Shown here piece after piece: positions 34,082 through 45,642 of a stretch of 64,000 bases of DNA; position 1 is the first letter of the stretch; the number at the start of each line of letters is the position of its first letter. The DNA comes from Pseudomonadota bacterium (GTDB lineage: Bacteria; Pseudomonadota; Gammaproteobacteria; JAADHS01): the NCBI GenBank assembly GCA_021821045.1, contig JAKACW010000004.1, positions 33,835 to 97,834 of the forward strand, read 5' to 3'. The notes below the pieces were generated by a model that saw nothing but the letters and a program-made list of their open reading frames with translations, was not told the DNA's origin and ran no database searches. The translations under genes were made by a program, and so were the position numbers.

Positions 34082-35620
34082 TCACAGCAACTGCGGATGC
34101 TCGCGCTGCGCCGGCGCCAAGAGCTTGCCCAACGCATTGATGTAAGCCTTCGCGGATGCAACCACGATATCCGGGTCCGCGCCCTGGCCGTTCACAATGC
34201 GACCTCCCTTGGCCACGCGCACCGTCACTTCGCCCTGGGAGTCGGTGCCGCTGGTGATGGCGTTGACGGAGTAAAGCTGCAATTCCGACTCGCTGCCCAC
34301 GATGGCCTCGATCGCCTTATACGTCGCGTCGACCGGGCCGCCGCCGGGAGCGACGGCCTGCTTCTCCTCGCCGTCCACCACCAAGGTCAGCGACGCCACC
34401 GGTGTTTCGCCGGTTTCGGAACACACCTTCAATGCCACCAGCTTGATTCGCTCGTTTTCCGCCTGCGATCCGGCATCGGTCACCAACGCCTGCAAGTCCT
34501 CGTCGTAGATTTCATGCTTGCGATCGGCGAGCGCTTTGAAGCGGGCGAACGCGGCATTGAGATCGTCTTCCGATTTGAACTCGATGCCCAGTTCGGATAA
34601 ACGGCTGCGAAACGCGTTGCGGCCGGAATGCTTGCCGAGCACCATGCGATTGGCGGTCCAACCCACGTCCTGGGCGCGCATGATTTCATAGGTTTCGCGC
34701 TTCTTGAGCACCCCATCTTGGTGAATGCCGGACTCGTGGGCGAAAGCGTTGGCGCCGACAATGGCTTTGTTCGGCTGTACCGGAAAACCCGTGATGCTCG
34801 ACACGAGCCGGCTGCACGGCACGATCTGCGTCGTGTCCAAATCGACGTCGCAGGTAAACACATCACGCCGGGTTCGCACCGCCATGACGATTTCCTCCAG
34901 CGCCGCGTTGCCCGCCCGCTCCCCCAAGCCGTTGATGGTGCACTCGACTTGGCGCGCGCCATTTATCACGGCCGCCAATGAGTTGGCGACGGCCAGACCA
35001 AGGTCGTTGTGACAATGCACCGAGAAAACGGCTTTGTCGGCGTTGGGCACCCGCTCGATGAGCTTGCGGATCAACTCGCCGAACTGATGGGGCATGTTGT
35101 AGCCCACGGTATCCGGGATGTTGATGGTGCGTGCGCCGGCGTTGATCACTGCTTCGATGACACGGCACAAGAAATCCAGCTCGGAGCGGCCGGCGTCCTC
35201 CGGAGAAAATTCCACGTCTTCCGTGTAACCGCGCGCGCGTTTGACCGCCGCCACGGCCCGCTCCACCACTTGGTCGGGGGTCATGCGCAACTTGTCGCGC
35301 ATATGGATGGGCGAGGTAGCGATGAAGGTGTGAATGCGCGCCGAGCGAGCACCCTTGAGGGCTTCCGCCGCCTTATCGATGTCACCGTCCACGGCCCGGG
35401 CCAGACCGCAGATCGTGCTGCCGGTGATGGCGTTGGCCACATCCCGCACGGCTTCGAAATCGCCCGGACTGGCGGCGGGAAATCCGGCCTCGATAATGTC
35501 CACGCGCATTCGCTCCAGGGATTTGGCGATACGTACCTTTTCATCCCGCGTCATAGACGCACCGGGACTCTGTTCGCCGTCGCGCAACGTGGTGTCAAAT
35601 ATAATCAACTTATCTTTCAT
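34082..35620 (-). CDS. leuA: 2-isopropylmalate synthase
   Basis: [32 protein letters not shown], regulatory GGGPVDA. Confidence 0.98.
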   Translation of the reverse strand: MKDKLIIFDTTLRDGEQSPGASMTRDEKVRIAKSLERMRVDIIEAGFPAASPGDFEAVRDVANAITGSTICGLARAVDGDIDKAAEALKGARSARIHTFIATSPIHMRDKLRMTPDQVVERAVAAVKRARGYTEDVEFSPEDAGRSELDFLCRVIEAVINAGARTINIPDTVGYNMPHQFGELIRKLIERVPNADKAVFSVHCHNDLGLAVANSLAAVINGARQVECTINGLGERAGNAALEEIVMAVRTRRDVFTCDVDLDTTQIVPCSRLVSSITGFPVQPNKAIVGANAFAHESGIHQDGVLKKRETYEIMRAQDVGWTANRMVLGKHSGRNAFRSRLSELGIEFKSEDDLNAAFARFKALADRKHEIYDEDLQALVTDAGSQAENERIKLVALKVCSETGETPVASLTLVVDGEEKQAVAPGGGPVDATYKAIEAIVGSESELQLYSVNAITSGTDSQGEVTVRVAKGGRIVNGQGADPDIVVASAKAYINALGKLLAPAQREHPQLL

Positions 35621-35764
35621 GAGCTTGCTCCAGCCTGTTGGCCGCCATGTTACTTGAGGCAGGATCTTCCGGCAACGCGCCGCTGCCGCCTCTGTGGGCT
35701 AGCCGAATGTTACGAAACTTGTTTGGTGGCGGGCGAATACCCGCGGGGTGAGATTGGCTGCCCC

Positions 35765-35860
35765 TCAGGGCAGTCGCAGCAGCAGAGAAAGCGAGAGCGC
35801 GAAACAACGCCCAGCATGATCGCCGGTCGGCAGTTGAGCGCTGTTCGAGGGTTTAGACAT
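35765..35860 (-). CDS. Leucine-rich leader peptide (attenuator) upstream of leuA
   Basis: MSKPSNSAQLPTGDHAGRCFALSLSLLLRLP*, six Leu in the last ten codons; stop codon lies inside the CTGCCC-TGAG-GGGCAG hairpin. Confidence 0.75.
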   Translation of the reverse strand: MSKPSNSAQLPTGDHAGRCFALSLSLLLRLP

Positions 35861-35914
35861 GATTCCAACCAAATCGGTAGTTGTTGAAACAATACTTTCC
35901 TGGCCGCAACCGTG

Positions 35915-36766
35915 TCAAGGGTTGTGGCCGACATCCTTCCCACCGGAGTGCCCCTCGCGCCGGTGCTTGCGCGCTTTGCGCAATTGCACCAGGGTCATGA
36001 CCGGTCCCGACAGCGCATAGAGCAAGAATATGGCGAATAACACCTGGGGCGGATCAATGGATATCAACACGTAGGTCAGAACCATCGCCAGAATCGCCAC
36101 GAACGGCACCTTGCCGTGCAAGTCGATGTCCTTGAAACTGCGGTAGCGAATATTGCTCACCATGAGCACACCCGCGACCACGGTTATTACCCACGCCAGT
36201 TTGGACACCGAAGCTCCCTCGACGCCGAGGTCATTCAGAAGCCAAATCAAACCCGCGACAAGGGCAGCGGCGGCCGGACTCGCCAAGCCTTGAAAATAGC
36301 GCTTATTTGATGTGGTGGCCTGGGTATTGAAACGTGCCAGGCGTAATGCGGTGGCCGCCGCATAGAGAAACGCCGCCAGCCAACCGATCTTTCCCAGCGG
36401 CTGCAGCGCCCAATTGTAAACAACCAACGCCGGCGCAAGCCCGAAACAGACCATGTCGACGAGACTGTCATACTCCTTGCCGAAGTCGCTTTGGGTATTG
36501 GTGAGCCGGGCGATCCGCCCGTCGAGTCCGTCCATGATCATGGCCACGAAAATTCCGATGGCGGCGGCTTCCCAGCGCCCGGCCATAGCGGCAACGATGG
36601 CGTAAAACCCGGCAAACAAACCCGCCGTGGTAAACAAATTGGGCAACAGATAAATCCCGCGGCCCCGCTGCGGGGTCGCGGACTCGGTCGGCTTGCGCCG
36701 GTCCGGGATCACGTCGCGAATCGGCGCTGTCCCGCCCTCTAAAGGTGTCTGTTTCTTCGGTTCCAT
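35915..36766 (-). CDS. pssA: CDP-diacylglycerol--serine O-phosphatidyltransferase (class II)
   Basis: GIYLLPNLFT, DGLDGRIAR....SDFG..YDSLVD, RLARFN. Confidence 0.95.
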   Translation of the reverse strand: MEPKKQTPLEGGTAPIRDVIPDRRKPTESATPQRGRGIYLLPNLFTTAGLFAGFYAIVAAMAGRWEAAAIGIFVAMIMDGLDGRIARLTNTQSDFGKEYDSLVDMVCFGLAPALVVYNWALQPLGKIGWLAAFLYAAATALRLARFNTQATTSNKRYFQGLASPAAAALVAGLIWLLNDLGVEGASVSKLAWVITVVAGVLMVSNIRYRSFKDIDLHGKVPFVAILAMVLTYVLISIDPPQVLFAIFLLYALSGPVMTLVQLRKARKHRREGHSGGKDVGHNP

Positions 36767-36771
36767 TGACT

Positions 36772-37449
36772 CTATCCATGTACCAACGACGCGATTAGAT
36801 CACTGCCAGAGCGGACGGTGTCGCCCGGCTTGACACTGATCCGCGCATTCGCGGGCAAATAGACCGCGAGGCGGCCGCCGAAAGGCATGAACCCGCAACG
36901 CTGTCCCTGTCCGACACGCTGTCCGACCACGCCGTAGCAACGGGGTCTGCGCAAAGGGGCCACGGTCAACTCCAACACCACATCGTCGGCCTCGTCCGTC
37001 TGAATCCACAACCCATCGAGCCGCTTGCCCCGGTTGCGCAATGCGTCCTCGTCGGCAGTGTACTCCTGCTTGCTGCCCCACGTGTGGACAGTGCCCTTGC
37101 GCAGGTGCCATTGATTGACGAACTTGCCTTCGGTGGGCGCCCGCAAGGTGTACTCGCCCAACGGATTCAGCGCCAGAGTAATACGTTTCGACGGCCGCTG
37201 CAAAAACGGATCGACGGTATCCTCAATGGCCTGTACTCGGCTGTCTGCCGGACTCACGACGCCGAGCGGACTCGCCGGAATACGTCGCTCCGAGCGACGA
37301 AAACAATACACCAGCACGATCGCGGTCAGCCAAAGCGGCAATGACCACCACCCGAAAAACCACTTTATCAATGCCGCCATAACCACAACGGCGAAGATAT
37401 AGGGCAAACCCTCCGAAGCGATAGAGCCAACCCTGTTGTCCTTGGTCAT
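36772..37449 (-). CDS. Phosphatidylserine decarboxylase-like protein lacking the pyruvoyl-forming Ser
   Basis: N-terminal TM segments, VVSPAD, RAP.EG, GQRCGFMPFGGR (canonical FGSR); located between ilvC and pssA. Confidence 0.8.
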   Translation of the reverse strand: MTKDNRVGSIASEGLPYIFAVVVMAALIKWFFGWWSLPLWLTAIVLVYCFRRSERRIPASPLGVVSPADSRVQAIEDTVDPFLQRPSKRITLALNPLGEYTLRAPTEGKFVNQWHLRKGTVHTWGSKQEYTADEDALRNRGKRLDGLWIQTDEADDVVLELTVAPLRRPRCYGVVGQRVGQGQRCGFMPFGGRLAVYLPANARISVKPGDTVRSGSDLIASLVHG

Positions 37450-37467
37450 GCGCGACTCACCGCTCTA

Positions 37468-37500
37468 TGCAAAACGCAAAGGCCCCAGAGGGGCCTTTGC
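37468..37500 (-). terminator. Intrinsic terminator after ilvC
   Basis: GCAAAGGCCC-CTCTG-GGGCCTTTGC then GTTTTG on the minus strand. Confidence 0.7.
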
Positions 37501-37525
37501 ATCAGTTTCCGGACCACGATCCCGG

Positions 37526-39081
<1,556 letters not shown>

Positions 39082-39084
39082 GGC

Positions 39085-40794
39085 CTATACCAGAATCATT
39101 TCGTTCAATCCCGCGCCGGCCGGGATCATGGGATAAACGTTCTCTTTCTGGTCGGTGATGAAATCCATGAACACCAACCGATCCTTCAGGCGCAAGGCTT
39201 CCTTGATCGCGGGCTCGACATCGGATGGCTTTTCGATGCGCATTCCGACGTGACCGTACGCTTCGGCCAGCTTCACGAAATCCGGCAACGCCTCCATGTA
39301 CGACATGGAATAGCGGCTTTGATAGAAAAATTCCTGCCACTGGCGCACCATGCCCAGATATCGGTTGTTCAAATTGATGATCTTGATCGGCAGGCGATAT
39401 TGCAAACAGGTCGACAGCTCCTGAATGCACATTTGAATACTGCCCTCGCCGGTGACGCAGCCGACTAACGCATCGGGATGGGCGAACTGCACGCCCATAG
39501 CGGCCGGCAACCCGAACCCCATGGTGCCCAAGCCGCCGGAGTTGATCCAACGCCGCGGCTTGTCGAATTTATAAAACTGCGCGGCCCACATCTGGTGCTG
39601 GCCGACGTCGGAGGTTAGAAACGCCTGCCCCTCGCTCAACTCGTAGAACTTTTCCACCACCATTTGCGGCTTGATGATCTCGGACGCACGGTCGTACTTC
39701 AGACAATCCGTGGCACGCCACTCCTCGATTTGCTTCCACCATTCCGCCAGCGCCGTCGCATCGGGCTTTTCGCCGGTTTCATCGAGCAAACGGATCATGT
39801 CCTGCAGCACCGACTTCACCGAACCGACGATGGGTACGTCGACGCGAACGCTTTTCGAGATCGATGCCGGATCGATGTCGACGTGGACGATCTGCGCGCC
39901 GGGACAAAACTTCTTCACGTTGCCGGTCACGCGATCATCGAAGCGGGCGCCGATGGCAATCAACACGTCGCAGTGATGCATCGCCATGTTGGCTTCGTAG
40001 GTGCCGTGCATGCCCAACATGCCGAGGAACTGCTTGTCGGTCGCCGGATAGCCGCCCAAACCCATGAGGGTATTGGTAATGGGATAGCCCAGCTTGCGGG
40101 TCAGCTCAGTCAGCTCGGGCGCGGAGTTGCCCAGAATGACGCCGCCGCCGGTGTACAGCATGGGGCGCTTCGCCGACAGCATGAGTTTGACCGCGCGGCG
40201 GATTTGACCGATATGGCCCCGCTCCACCGGGCTGTAGGAACGCAAGCTGATCTGCTTGGGATATTCGAATACGGTTTTCGCGGCCGTGACGTCCTTCGGA
40301 ACATCGACAACCACCGGTCCGGGACGACCGCTGGTGGCGATAAAAAACGCCTTCTTTATCGTCGAGGCGAGATCCTTGACGTCCTTCACCAAGAAGTTGT
40401 GCTTAACACAGGGGCGCGTGATACCCACTGCATCCACCTCTTGGAATGCGTCGCTGCCGATAGCGTGGGTCGGCACCTGTCCCGTGATGATCACCATCGG
40501 GATCGAATCCATATACGCCGTGGCGATCCCGGTAATGGCGTTGGTGGCCCCCGGCCCCGAGGTCACGAGAACGACACCCGGTTTCTCCGTCGAACGGGCA
40601 TAGCCGTCGGCGGCATGGGTCGCCGCCTGCTCATGGCGGACCAGAATGTGCTTGATGTGGTCCTGTTTGTACAATGCATCGTAAATATGCAAAACGGCCC
40701 CGCCGGGGTAGCCGAACAAGTATTCGACCCCCTCTTCTTTGAGGCACTCAACAACGATTTCCGCGCCGGTTAATTCCACGGTTACCCTCGACAT
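39085..40794 (-). CDS. ilvI: Acetolactate synthase large subunit
   Basis: FGYPGG, RHEQ, TSGPG, DVGQHQMW, TPP motif GEGS...NN. Confidence 0.97.
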   Translation of the reverse strand: MSRVTVELTGAEIVVECLKEEGVEYLFGYPGGAVLHIYDALYKQDHIKHILVRHEQAATHAADGYARSTEKPGVVLVTSGPGATNAITGIATAYMDSIPMVIITGQVPTHAIGSDAFQEVDAVGITRPCVKHNFLVKDVKDLASTIKKAFFIATSGRPGPVVVDVPKDVTAAKTVFEYPKQISLRSYSPVERGHIGQIRRAVKLMLSAKRPMLYTGGGVILGNSAPELTELTRKLGYPITNTLMGLGGYPATDKQFLGMLGMHGTYEANMAMHHCDVLIAIGARFDDRVTGNVKKFCPGAQIVHVDIDPASISKSVRVDVPIVGSVKSVLQDMIRLLDETGEKPDATALAEWWKQIEEWRATDCLKYDRASEIIKPQMVVEKFYELSEGQAFLTSDVGQHQMWAAQFYKFDKPRRWINSGGLGTMGFGLPAAMGVQFAHPDALVGCVTGEGSIQMCIQELSTCLQYRLPIKIINLNNRYLGMVRQWQEFFYQSRYSMSYMEALPDFVKLAEAYGHVGMRIEKPSDVEPAIKEALRLKDRLVFMDFITDQKENVYPMIPAGAGLNEMILV

Positions 40795-41023
40795 TCACTG
40801 CCCCGCACCCATGCGCGGGCCCACAATTGAACCCGCAACAGTAAAGGAGAAGCTGTCGCGTGGTCAAGATTGTCGCTTTGAAAACAAGGCATTACCGGCA
40901 TTTTTTACTGGTTTTCGCGCATTATGGCCGCCATCTGCCGGTTGGGCCGAAAAGTAGCGTATTTTACGGGATCTTTAAATTTCGCGCTATAATAACGCCT
41001 TTTTGCGGGCCAGGTGTCATGTC

Positions 41024-41368
41024 ATGCCGTTTCTAATGATTCAAACCAACGTCAAAGTCGACCCGAGCCGCAGCGCCAAGCTGCTTCGCAACGCCTCGCG
41101 CCATGTGGCCGAGACGTTGGGTAAATCGGAAAAGTACGTCATGGTGGCGCTGGAAGACGAAACGCCCATGCTGTTTGGCGGCAAGGCCGAGCCGTTGGCC
41201 TATCTGGAACTCAAGAGTATTGGCCTGCCCAAGGATAAGACCTCGCAACTGTCGGCCACCCTCAGCGGCTTGCTGCAAGAAGAAATCGGTGTTACCGCCG
41301 ACCGTGTCTATATCGAATTCGCCGACGCCTTGGCGCCCATGTGGGGCTGGAACGGCGCCACGTTTTAA
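41024..41368 (+). CDS. MIF-like (phenylpyruvate tautomerase) protein
   Basis: Begins M-P (catalytic Pro1), GK.E.YVMV, KSIG, RVYI.F, WGWNG.TF; TATAAT at 40988-40993. Confidence 0.92.
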   Translation: MPFLMIQTNVKVDPSRSAKLLRNASRHVAETLGKSEKYVMVALEDETPMLFGGKAEPLAYLELKSIGLPKDKTSQLSATLSGLLQEEIGVTADRVYIEFADALAPMWGWNGATF

Positions 41369-41420
41369 CATCATCCGAGGTGGTTCGGCATTCGATCGCC
41401 CGCCTGTTGCGGATTCACAT

Positions 41421-41444
41421 GTGGGAGCGGTTCATTACCGCGAT
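41421..41444 (+). repeat. GTGG-family REP unit
   Basis: GTGGGAGCGGTTCATTACCGCGAT between convergent genes. Confidence 0.75.
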
Positions 41445-41477
41445 TCATCCTCCGCATTTCACCCGTCACCGGCTAGT

Positions 41478-42242
41478 CTATAACAGCGTCTCGTCGAGAA
41501 ACTCCAACGTCCGCTGCATGACCCGCTGGGATTCCGCCTCGTCGTAGGCGTCCAAACTGCTGTCCATGAACCCCGGTTCAGCGTCGGTGCGAATCAACGA
41601 TAACGAATTCCTAACCTGCTGCATGCCCCAGGAAAAGGCGTCGATCAGGCGCGGATGGGCCCAGGTGTCGCGATTGGAGTAGATACCCAGCACCGGCCCG
41701 CGAATCGGCTTGAGCCGCTCCGGATCCGTAAGCGGCGGACCGTAAAACAACACGCTGGAAATGATCGCATGAGGTTCCAGCAGCGTGATGTTGAGCGCCT
41801 CAATGGCGCCAAATCCCCAACCCACGACGGCGATCTTGCGGTCGCTTTGGCGATTGAGGAAACGCACGGCCGCGCGCAGGTTGGCGGCGGAAGATTCGGG
41901 GTCAGCCTGGCTGATTAACAGATCCCCGGCACGCCAGTCGCCGGACAGTGCTTGGCGACCATCGAACAGATCGACCGCCAGGGCAAAGTAGCCCTCCGCG
42001 GCAAAGCGATCGGCCCACTGCATGATGCTGTCGTTCAAGCCCCAGCGATCATGCACCAGCACTACGGCCCGCTTGGCGCTGTCGTTGCCGGTTTGATAAA
42101 CGTTGAAGGCCGTTCCGTATGCCGTACGCAGTTCCACAACGCGCCCCGCCGGCTGCGCCTGCGCAAAACCGAACGACAACAGCAGCAGGCCACACCCCAT
42201 CATCCTGAGGGCCCACGTTCGGGAGCGCATCGACAACGCCAT
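41478..42242 (-). CDS. Secreted dienelactone-hydrolase-family protein with degenerate catalytic triad
   Basis: Signal peptide ending AQA, VHDRWGL, GYFALAVDLFDG, GWGFG, FYG, PVLGIY, AEPGFM; start uncertain. Confidence 0.82.
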   Translation of the reverse strand: MALSMRSRTWALRMMGCGLLLLSFGFAQAQPAGRVVELRTAYGTAFNVYQTGNDSAKRAVVLVHDRWGLNDSIMQWADRFAAEGYFALAVDLFDGRQALSGDWRAGDLLISQADPESSAANLRAAVRFLNRQSDRKIAVVGWGFGAIEALNITLLEPHAIISSVLFYGPPLTDPERLKPIRGPVLGIYSNRDTWAHPRLIDAFSWGMQQVRNSLSLIRTDAEPGFMDSSLDAYDEAESQRVMQRTLEFLDETLL

Positions 42243-42328
42243 ATCCGGCACCTATTGATAATTCATCCTGAGGCCATTATACGTGTTGATATGGAACGTG
42301 TCCTCTGCCTTGGATCAGTGAAACCGCC

Positions 42329-43132
42329 ATGACAACCCCCCTCCCCGACTGGAACAAGGTTGCCGAAAAATTCGATCTCTGGCTGCCTCATTTGGCGCCT
42401 GCTACCGACGCATTGCTCCGGGCATTGGATGCCGCACCGCACCACCGCGTGCTGGATATCGCCTGCGGCACCGGCGAGCCGGTATTCAGTGTGATCCGCG
42501 CATTGGGAAACAGCGACCAGATCGTCGCCTGCGATGGCGCCTGGGGCATGGTCGCCGCCACCGCCGCCAAAGCCGCGCGCCACGGGATCGATCTCGCCTG
42601 CGTTCACATGAGGGCCGAGGATTTGGCCTTCGACAACGAATCCTTCGATCGGGTGGTCTGCCGCTTCGGGGTAATGCTATTCGACGATCCCACGGCCGGC
42701 GCCCGTGAAATACGCAGGGTCCTGCGCCCTGGCGGACGCGTCGCCCTGGCGGTGTGGGATCGACTGGACCTCATGCCAACCATGCGGTGGTGCATCGATG
42801 CCTTTCGTGATTACATCGATGCCGACATGCTTCCGGCGACGGAACGAATCAACCGCTACGGCGATCCTGACGCCCTCGCCGAGTTGGTGAGTGCGCTCGA
42901 CCTTGCTCACGTGAGCGTTACGCGCCACACCTTGCACTATCGTTTTCCGGCATTCGATGATTATTGGAGCACGCTGATCGCATCGGGCATCATGCAGAAC
43001 CAACTCGATGCCGTAAGCGCCGAGCGACACGGGAACATCAAAAACGCCTTCGCCCGCGCCGCCGAAACGTTTGCGTCCGACGGCGAACTCGCGATACCCC
43101 ACGGCTACATCGTTATAAGCGGGCGGAAATAG
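42329..43132 (+). CDS. Class I SAM-dependent methyltransferase (UbiE-like)
   Basis: VLDIACGTG, AEDL.F..ESFD.V..RFG.M, RVLRPGG. Confidence 0.9.
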   Translation: MTTPLPDWNKVAEKFDLWLPHLAPATDALLRALDAAPHHRVLDIACGTGEPVFSVIRALGNSDQIVACDGAWGMVAATAAKAARHGIDLACVHMRAEDLAFDNESFDRVVCRFGVMLFDDPTAGAREIRRVLRPGGRVALAVWDRLDLMPTMRWCIDAFRDYIDADMLPATERINRYGDPDALAELVSALDLAHVSVTRHTLHYRFPAFDDYWSTLIASGIMQNQLDAVSAERHGNIKNAFARAAETFASDGELAIPHGYIVISGRK

Positions 43133-43143
43133 CCGGCGCTTCG

Positions 43144-45642
43144 CTACGTCACTTCCCGCAGCGTCGTCCATGGCGGCGTGGACACCACCCGCCGCGTTCC
43201 AAGGATACCCGCCACTCCCACCACCAGCGCGCCGGCAACGGTGCCGGTGAACCACAGCGAAATATCAAACGAATAGGAGAGATCGAAAAACTTCTCCGCC
43301 ACGATTTTGCCCACCAGGAAGGCTGCGATGGCGGCCACAGTGCCGGCGATGCCTCCCAATACCGCGAATTCGGCGATCAGACTTTTGTAGACATCCCCGC
43401 GACCTGCTCCGAGAACGCGCAGCACCGCCGCCTCGCGGATGCGCTCGTCAAAGGTTGCGTGGATCGATGCATACAGCACCACCAGTCCGGCGGCGATGGT
43501 AAACGCAAATACGTACTCGATAGCCTCGCTGACCCGCGTGATGATGTTGCGGACTTGCGTCATCACCGCGGCGACGTCGATCACCGTGATATTGGGAAAA
43601 GTGCGCAAAAGATCTGTCAAGAACTCGCCGCGATCCTCCGGCAAGTAGAACGCGGTGATGTATGTCGCCGGGTAATCGACCAGCGCTTGGGGTGGCCCGA
43701 TGACGAAAAAATTCACCCGAAAGGAATCCCACTCGACGCCGCGCAAGCTGGTGATCTTCGCTTCGATCGTCCGGTCGGCGACTTGAAAACTCAGCGTGTC
43801 CCCCATCTTAAATCCCAGCGTCTTGGCCAATCCCTCTTCCACCGACCACTGCGCCGCAGCCTCGCCCCCCGACCACCACTGGCCGGCGACAATTTTGTTG
43901 TCGGCCGCCATCTCTTCGGCGAAGCTCAAATTGAACTCCCGGGCGACCAGTCGCTGCGCGCGATCGTCGGCGTAGTCTTCTTCCGCCGTGGGTTTGCCGT
44001 TCACCGCCACCAACCGCCCGCGCACCATGGGATAAAAACCGGGATCCGGCTGGTTCCGCGCTTGGTAGAAACGTTTGACCTCTTCCATCTGCGAGGGCTG
44101 GATATTGATCAAGAAGCGATTCGGCGCATCCTCGGGCAAGCGTTGCGACCACGCATCGAGCAGGTCGCCGCGCACGACGCTCAGCAACAACAAAGCGGTG
44201 AACCCCAAACCAAACCCGATCACTTGCACCACGCTCGAGCGTCCGCGCCGCACCAGGTTGGCAATCCCGAACCGCCACGCCACGCCGACACCGCGGGTCA
44301 AACGGCGCGTCAGGCTGAGCATGATCCAGGCCAGGCCGCCCAGCGCCACCAGCGCACCGAGCAATCCCAACACCACCCACATGCCGAGCTTGGGATCGCC
44401 CGCCTGCCACAGCAAGAGCGCGATCAGTGCCGTCGCACCAAACAGCACCGTCGTTCTCGCGCCGCCCGTCATGGGCGTCATCTCGCGGCGCAGCACCCGC
44501 AACGTCGGCACATTGCGCAACCGCATCAGCGGCGGCGCGGCGAAGCCAATGACGGTCACAGCCGCGGTTGCCAGTGCAGCCAGCACCGGCATCATCGAAG
44601 GCGCCGGCAGCGTGCCGTTGGTCACACTTGCCGCCATCGCCACCAAACCGTTCTGCGCCAAGTAGCCGATCAACACGCCCAGCGCACCGCCAGCGAGCGC
44701 AACCGCTCCGATCTGTCTACCGTAAATCGACAGAATGGTTCGCTGCGACGCGCCCAAGCATCTCATCACAGCGCAAGCATCGAGGTGCCGATTGATAAAA
44801 CGATCCGCCGTCAGCGCCACGGCGATGGACGCGAGCACCACGCTCACCATGGCCGCCAATCCAAGGAACCGCCGCGCACGCTCCAACGCCTGACGCACCT
44901 CGGGCCGCGCGTCTTCGACGCCCTGCATGCGCTGCAAAGGTGAAAGTTGCTTCTCGACGGATTTGCGAAATTCGGCCACGGTATCGGCGGATCCCGCGAA
45001 CAGATCTGTGTAACGCACCCGGCTGCCAGGGCCGATTAATCCGGTTGCCGTTAGATCGTCGATGCGCACCAACAGTCGCGGCGCCATGCTGAACACGTTG
45101 CCGGCCGCCCGCGCCGGCTCGTTGCTCAGCACAGCCTCGACTTTGAGTTTCGACTGACCGAGATTTACCGTGTCGCCGACTTGCGCCCCGATAGCGCTCA
45201 ACAAACGGGCTTCCGCCCACACGCTGCCGACACTTGGCACGGTCGTGGTTTCGCGATCGGCAGCGAAGAGGTCGTCGGCGATCCGCAATGTGCCGCGCAA
45301 CGGATAGCCCTCGCTAACAGCCTTGACGCCGGCCAGCTCGAACCGCTGCGCGCCGCCGACCATGCTCGGAAATTCGACGGTTCGGGCCGACGCCAAGCCC
45401 TGTTGCCGGGCCGCGGTCAGCCATTCCTCCGGCAGGGGATTCGGAGATGAGACGATCAAGTCGCCGCCCAGCAATTCATTGGCGTTGAGCGCCAGCACCT
45501 GGGCGATGCGGTCAGTGAAAAAACCAACCGCGGCGACTGCGGCCGTCGCCAGCGCGATGGCGACAAAAAAAACGCGCAGGTCGCCGCTGCGCCATTCCCG
45601 GCGCAACATGCGCCACGCCAACCGCCGATCGACGGAGTTCAT
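43144..45642 (-). CDS. ybbP: YbbP-like ABC permease (FtsX repeats)
   Basis: REWRSGDL, LGGDL, KAVSEGYPLRG, PNRFLINIQ, W.SF..NF; 832 aa. Confidence 0.9.
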   Translation of the reverse strand: MNSVDRRLAWRMLRREWRSGDLRVFFVAIALATAAVAAVGFFTDRIAQVLALNANELLGGDLIVSSPNPLPEEWLTAARQQGLASARTVEFPSMVGGAQRFELAGVKAVSEGYPLRGTLRIADDLFAADRETTTVPSVGSVWAEARLLSAIGAQVGDTVNLGQSKLKVEAVLSNEPARAAGNVFSMAPRLLVRIDDLTATGLIGPGSRVRYTDLFAGSADTVAEFRKSVEKQLSPLQRMQGVEDARPEVRQALERARRFLGLAAMVSVVLASIAVALTADRFINRHLDACAVMRCLGASQRTILSIYGRQIGAVALAGGALGVLIGYLAQNGLVAMAASVTNGTLPAPSMMPVLAALATAAVTVIGFAAPPLMRLRNVPTLRVLRREMTPMTGGARTTVLFGATALIALLLWQAGDPKLGMWVVLGLLGALVALGGLAWIMLSLTRRLTRGVGVAWRFGIANLVRRGRSSVVQVIGFGLGFTALLLLSVVRGDLLDAWSQRLPEDAPNRFLINIQPSQMEEVKRFYQARNQPDPGFYPMVRGRLVAVNGKPTAEEDYADDRAQRLVAREFNLSFAEEMAADNKIVAGQWWSGGEAAAQWSVEEGLAKTLGFKMGDTLSFQVADRTIEAKITSLRGVEWDSFRVNFFVIGPPQALVDYPATYITAFYLPEDRGEFLTDLLRTFPNITVIDVAAVMTQVRNIITRVSEAIEYVFAFTIAAGLVVLYASIHATFDERIREAAVLRVLGAGRGDVYKSLIAEFAVLGGIAGTVAAIAAFLVGKIVAEKFFDLSYSFDISLWFTGTVAGALVVGVAGILGTRRVVSTPPWTTLREVT

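Noticed and set aside
33342-34085. UdgX-type suicide glycosylase
   Set aside because: The KRRIH loop is absent; ordinary family-4 UDG
40795-41000. Ile/Val/Leu attenuator for ilvI
   Set aside because: No branched-chain-rich leader ORF found; a TTGACC-N18-TACTGT promoter candidate leaves only a short leader
42964-44943. 659-aa plus-strand ORF
   Set aside because: Antisense shadow of the ybbP-like permease with R/H/Q-rich, non-protein-like composition
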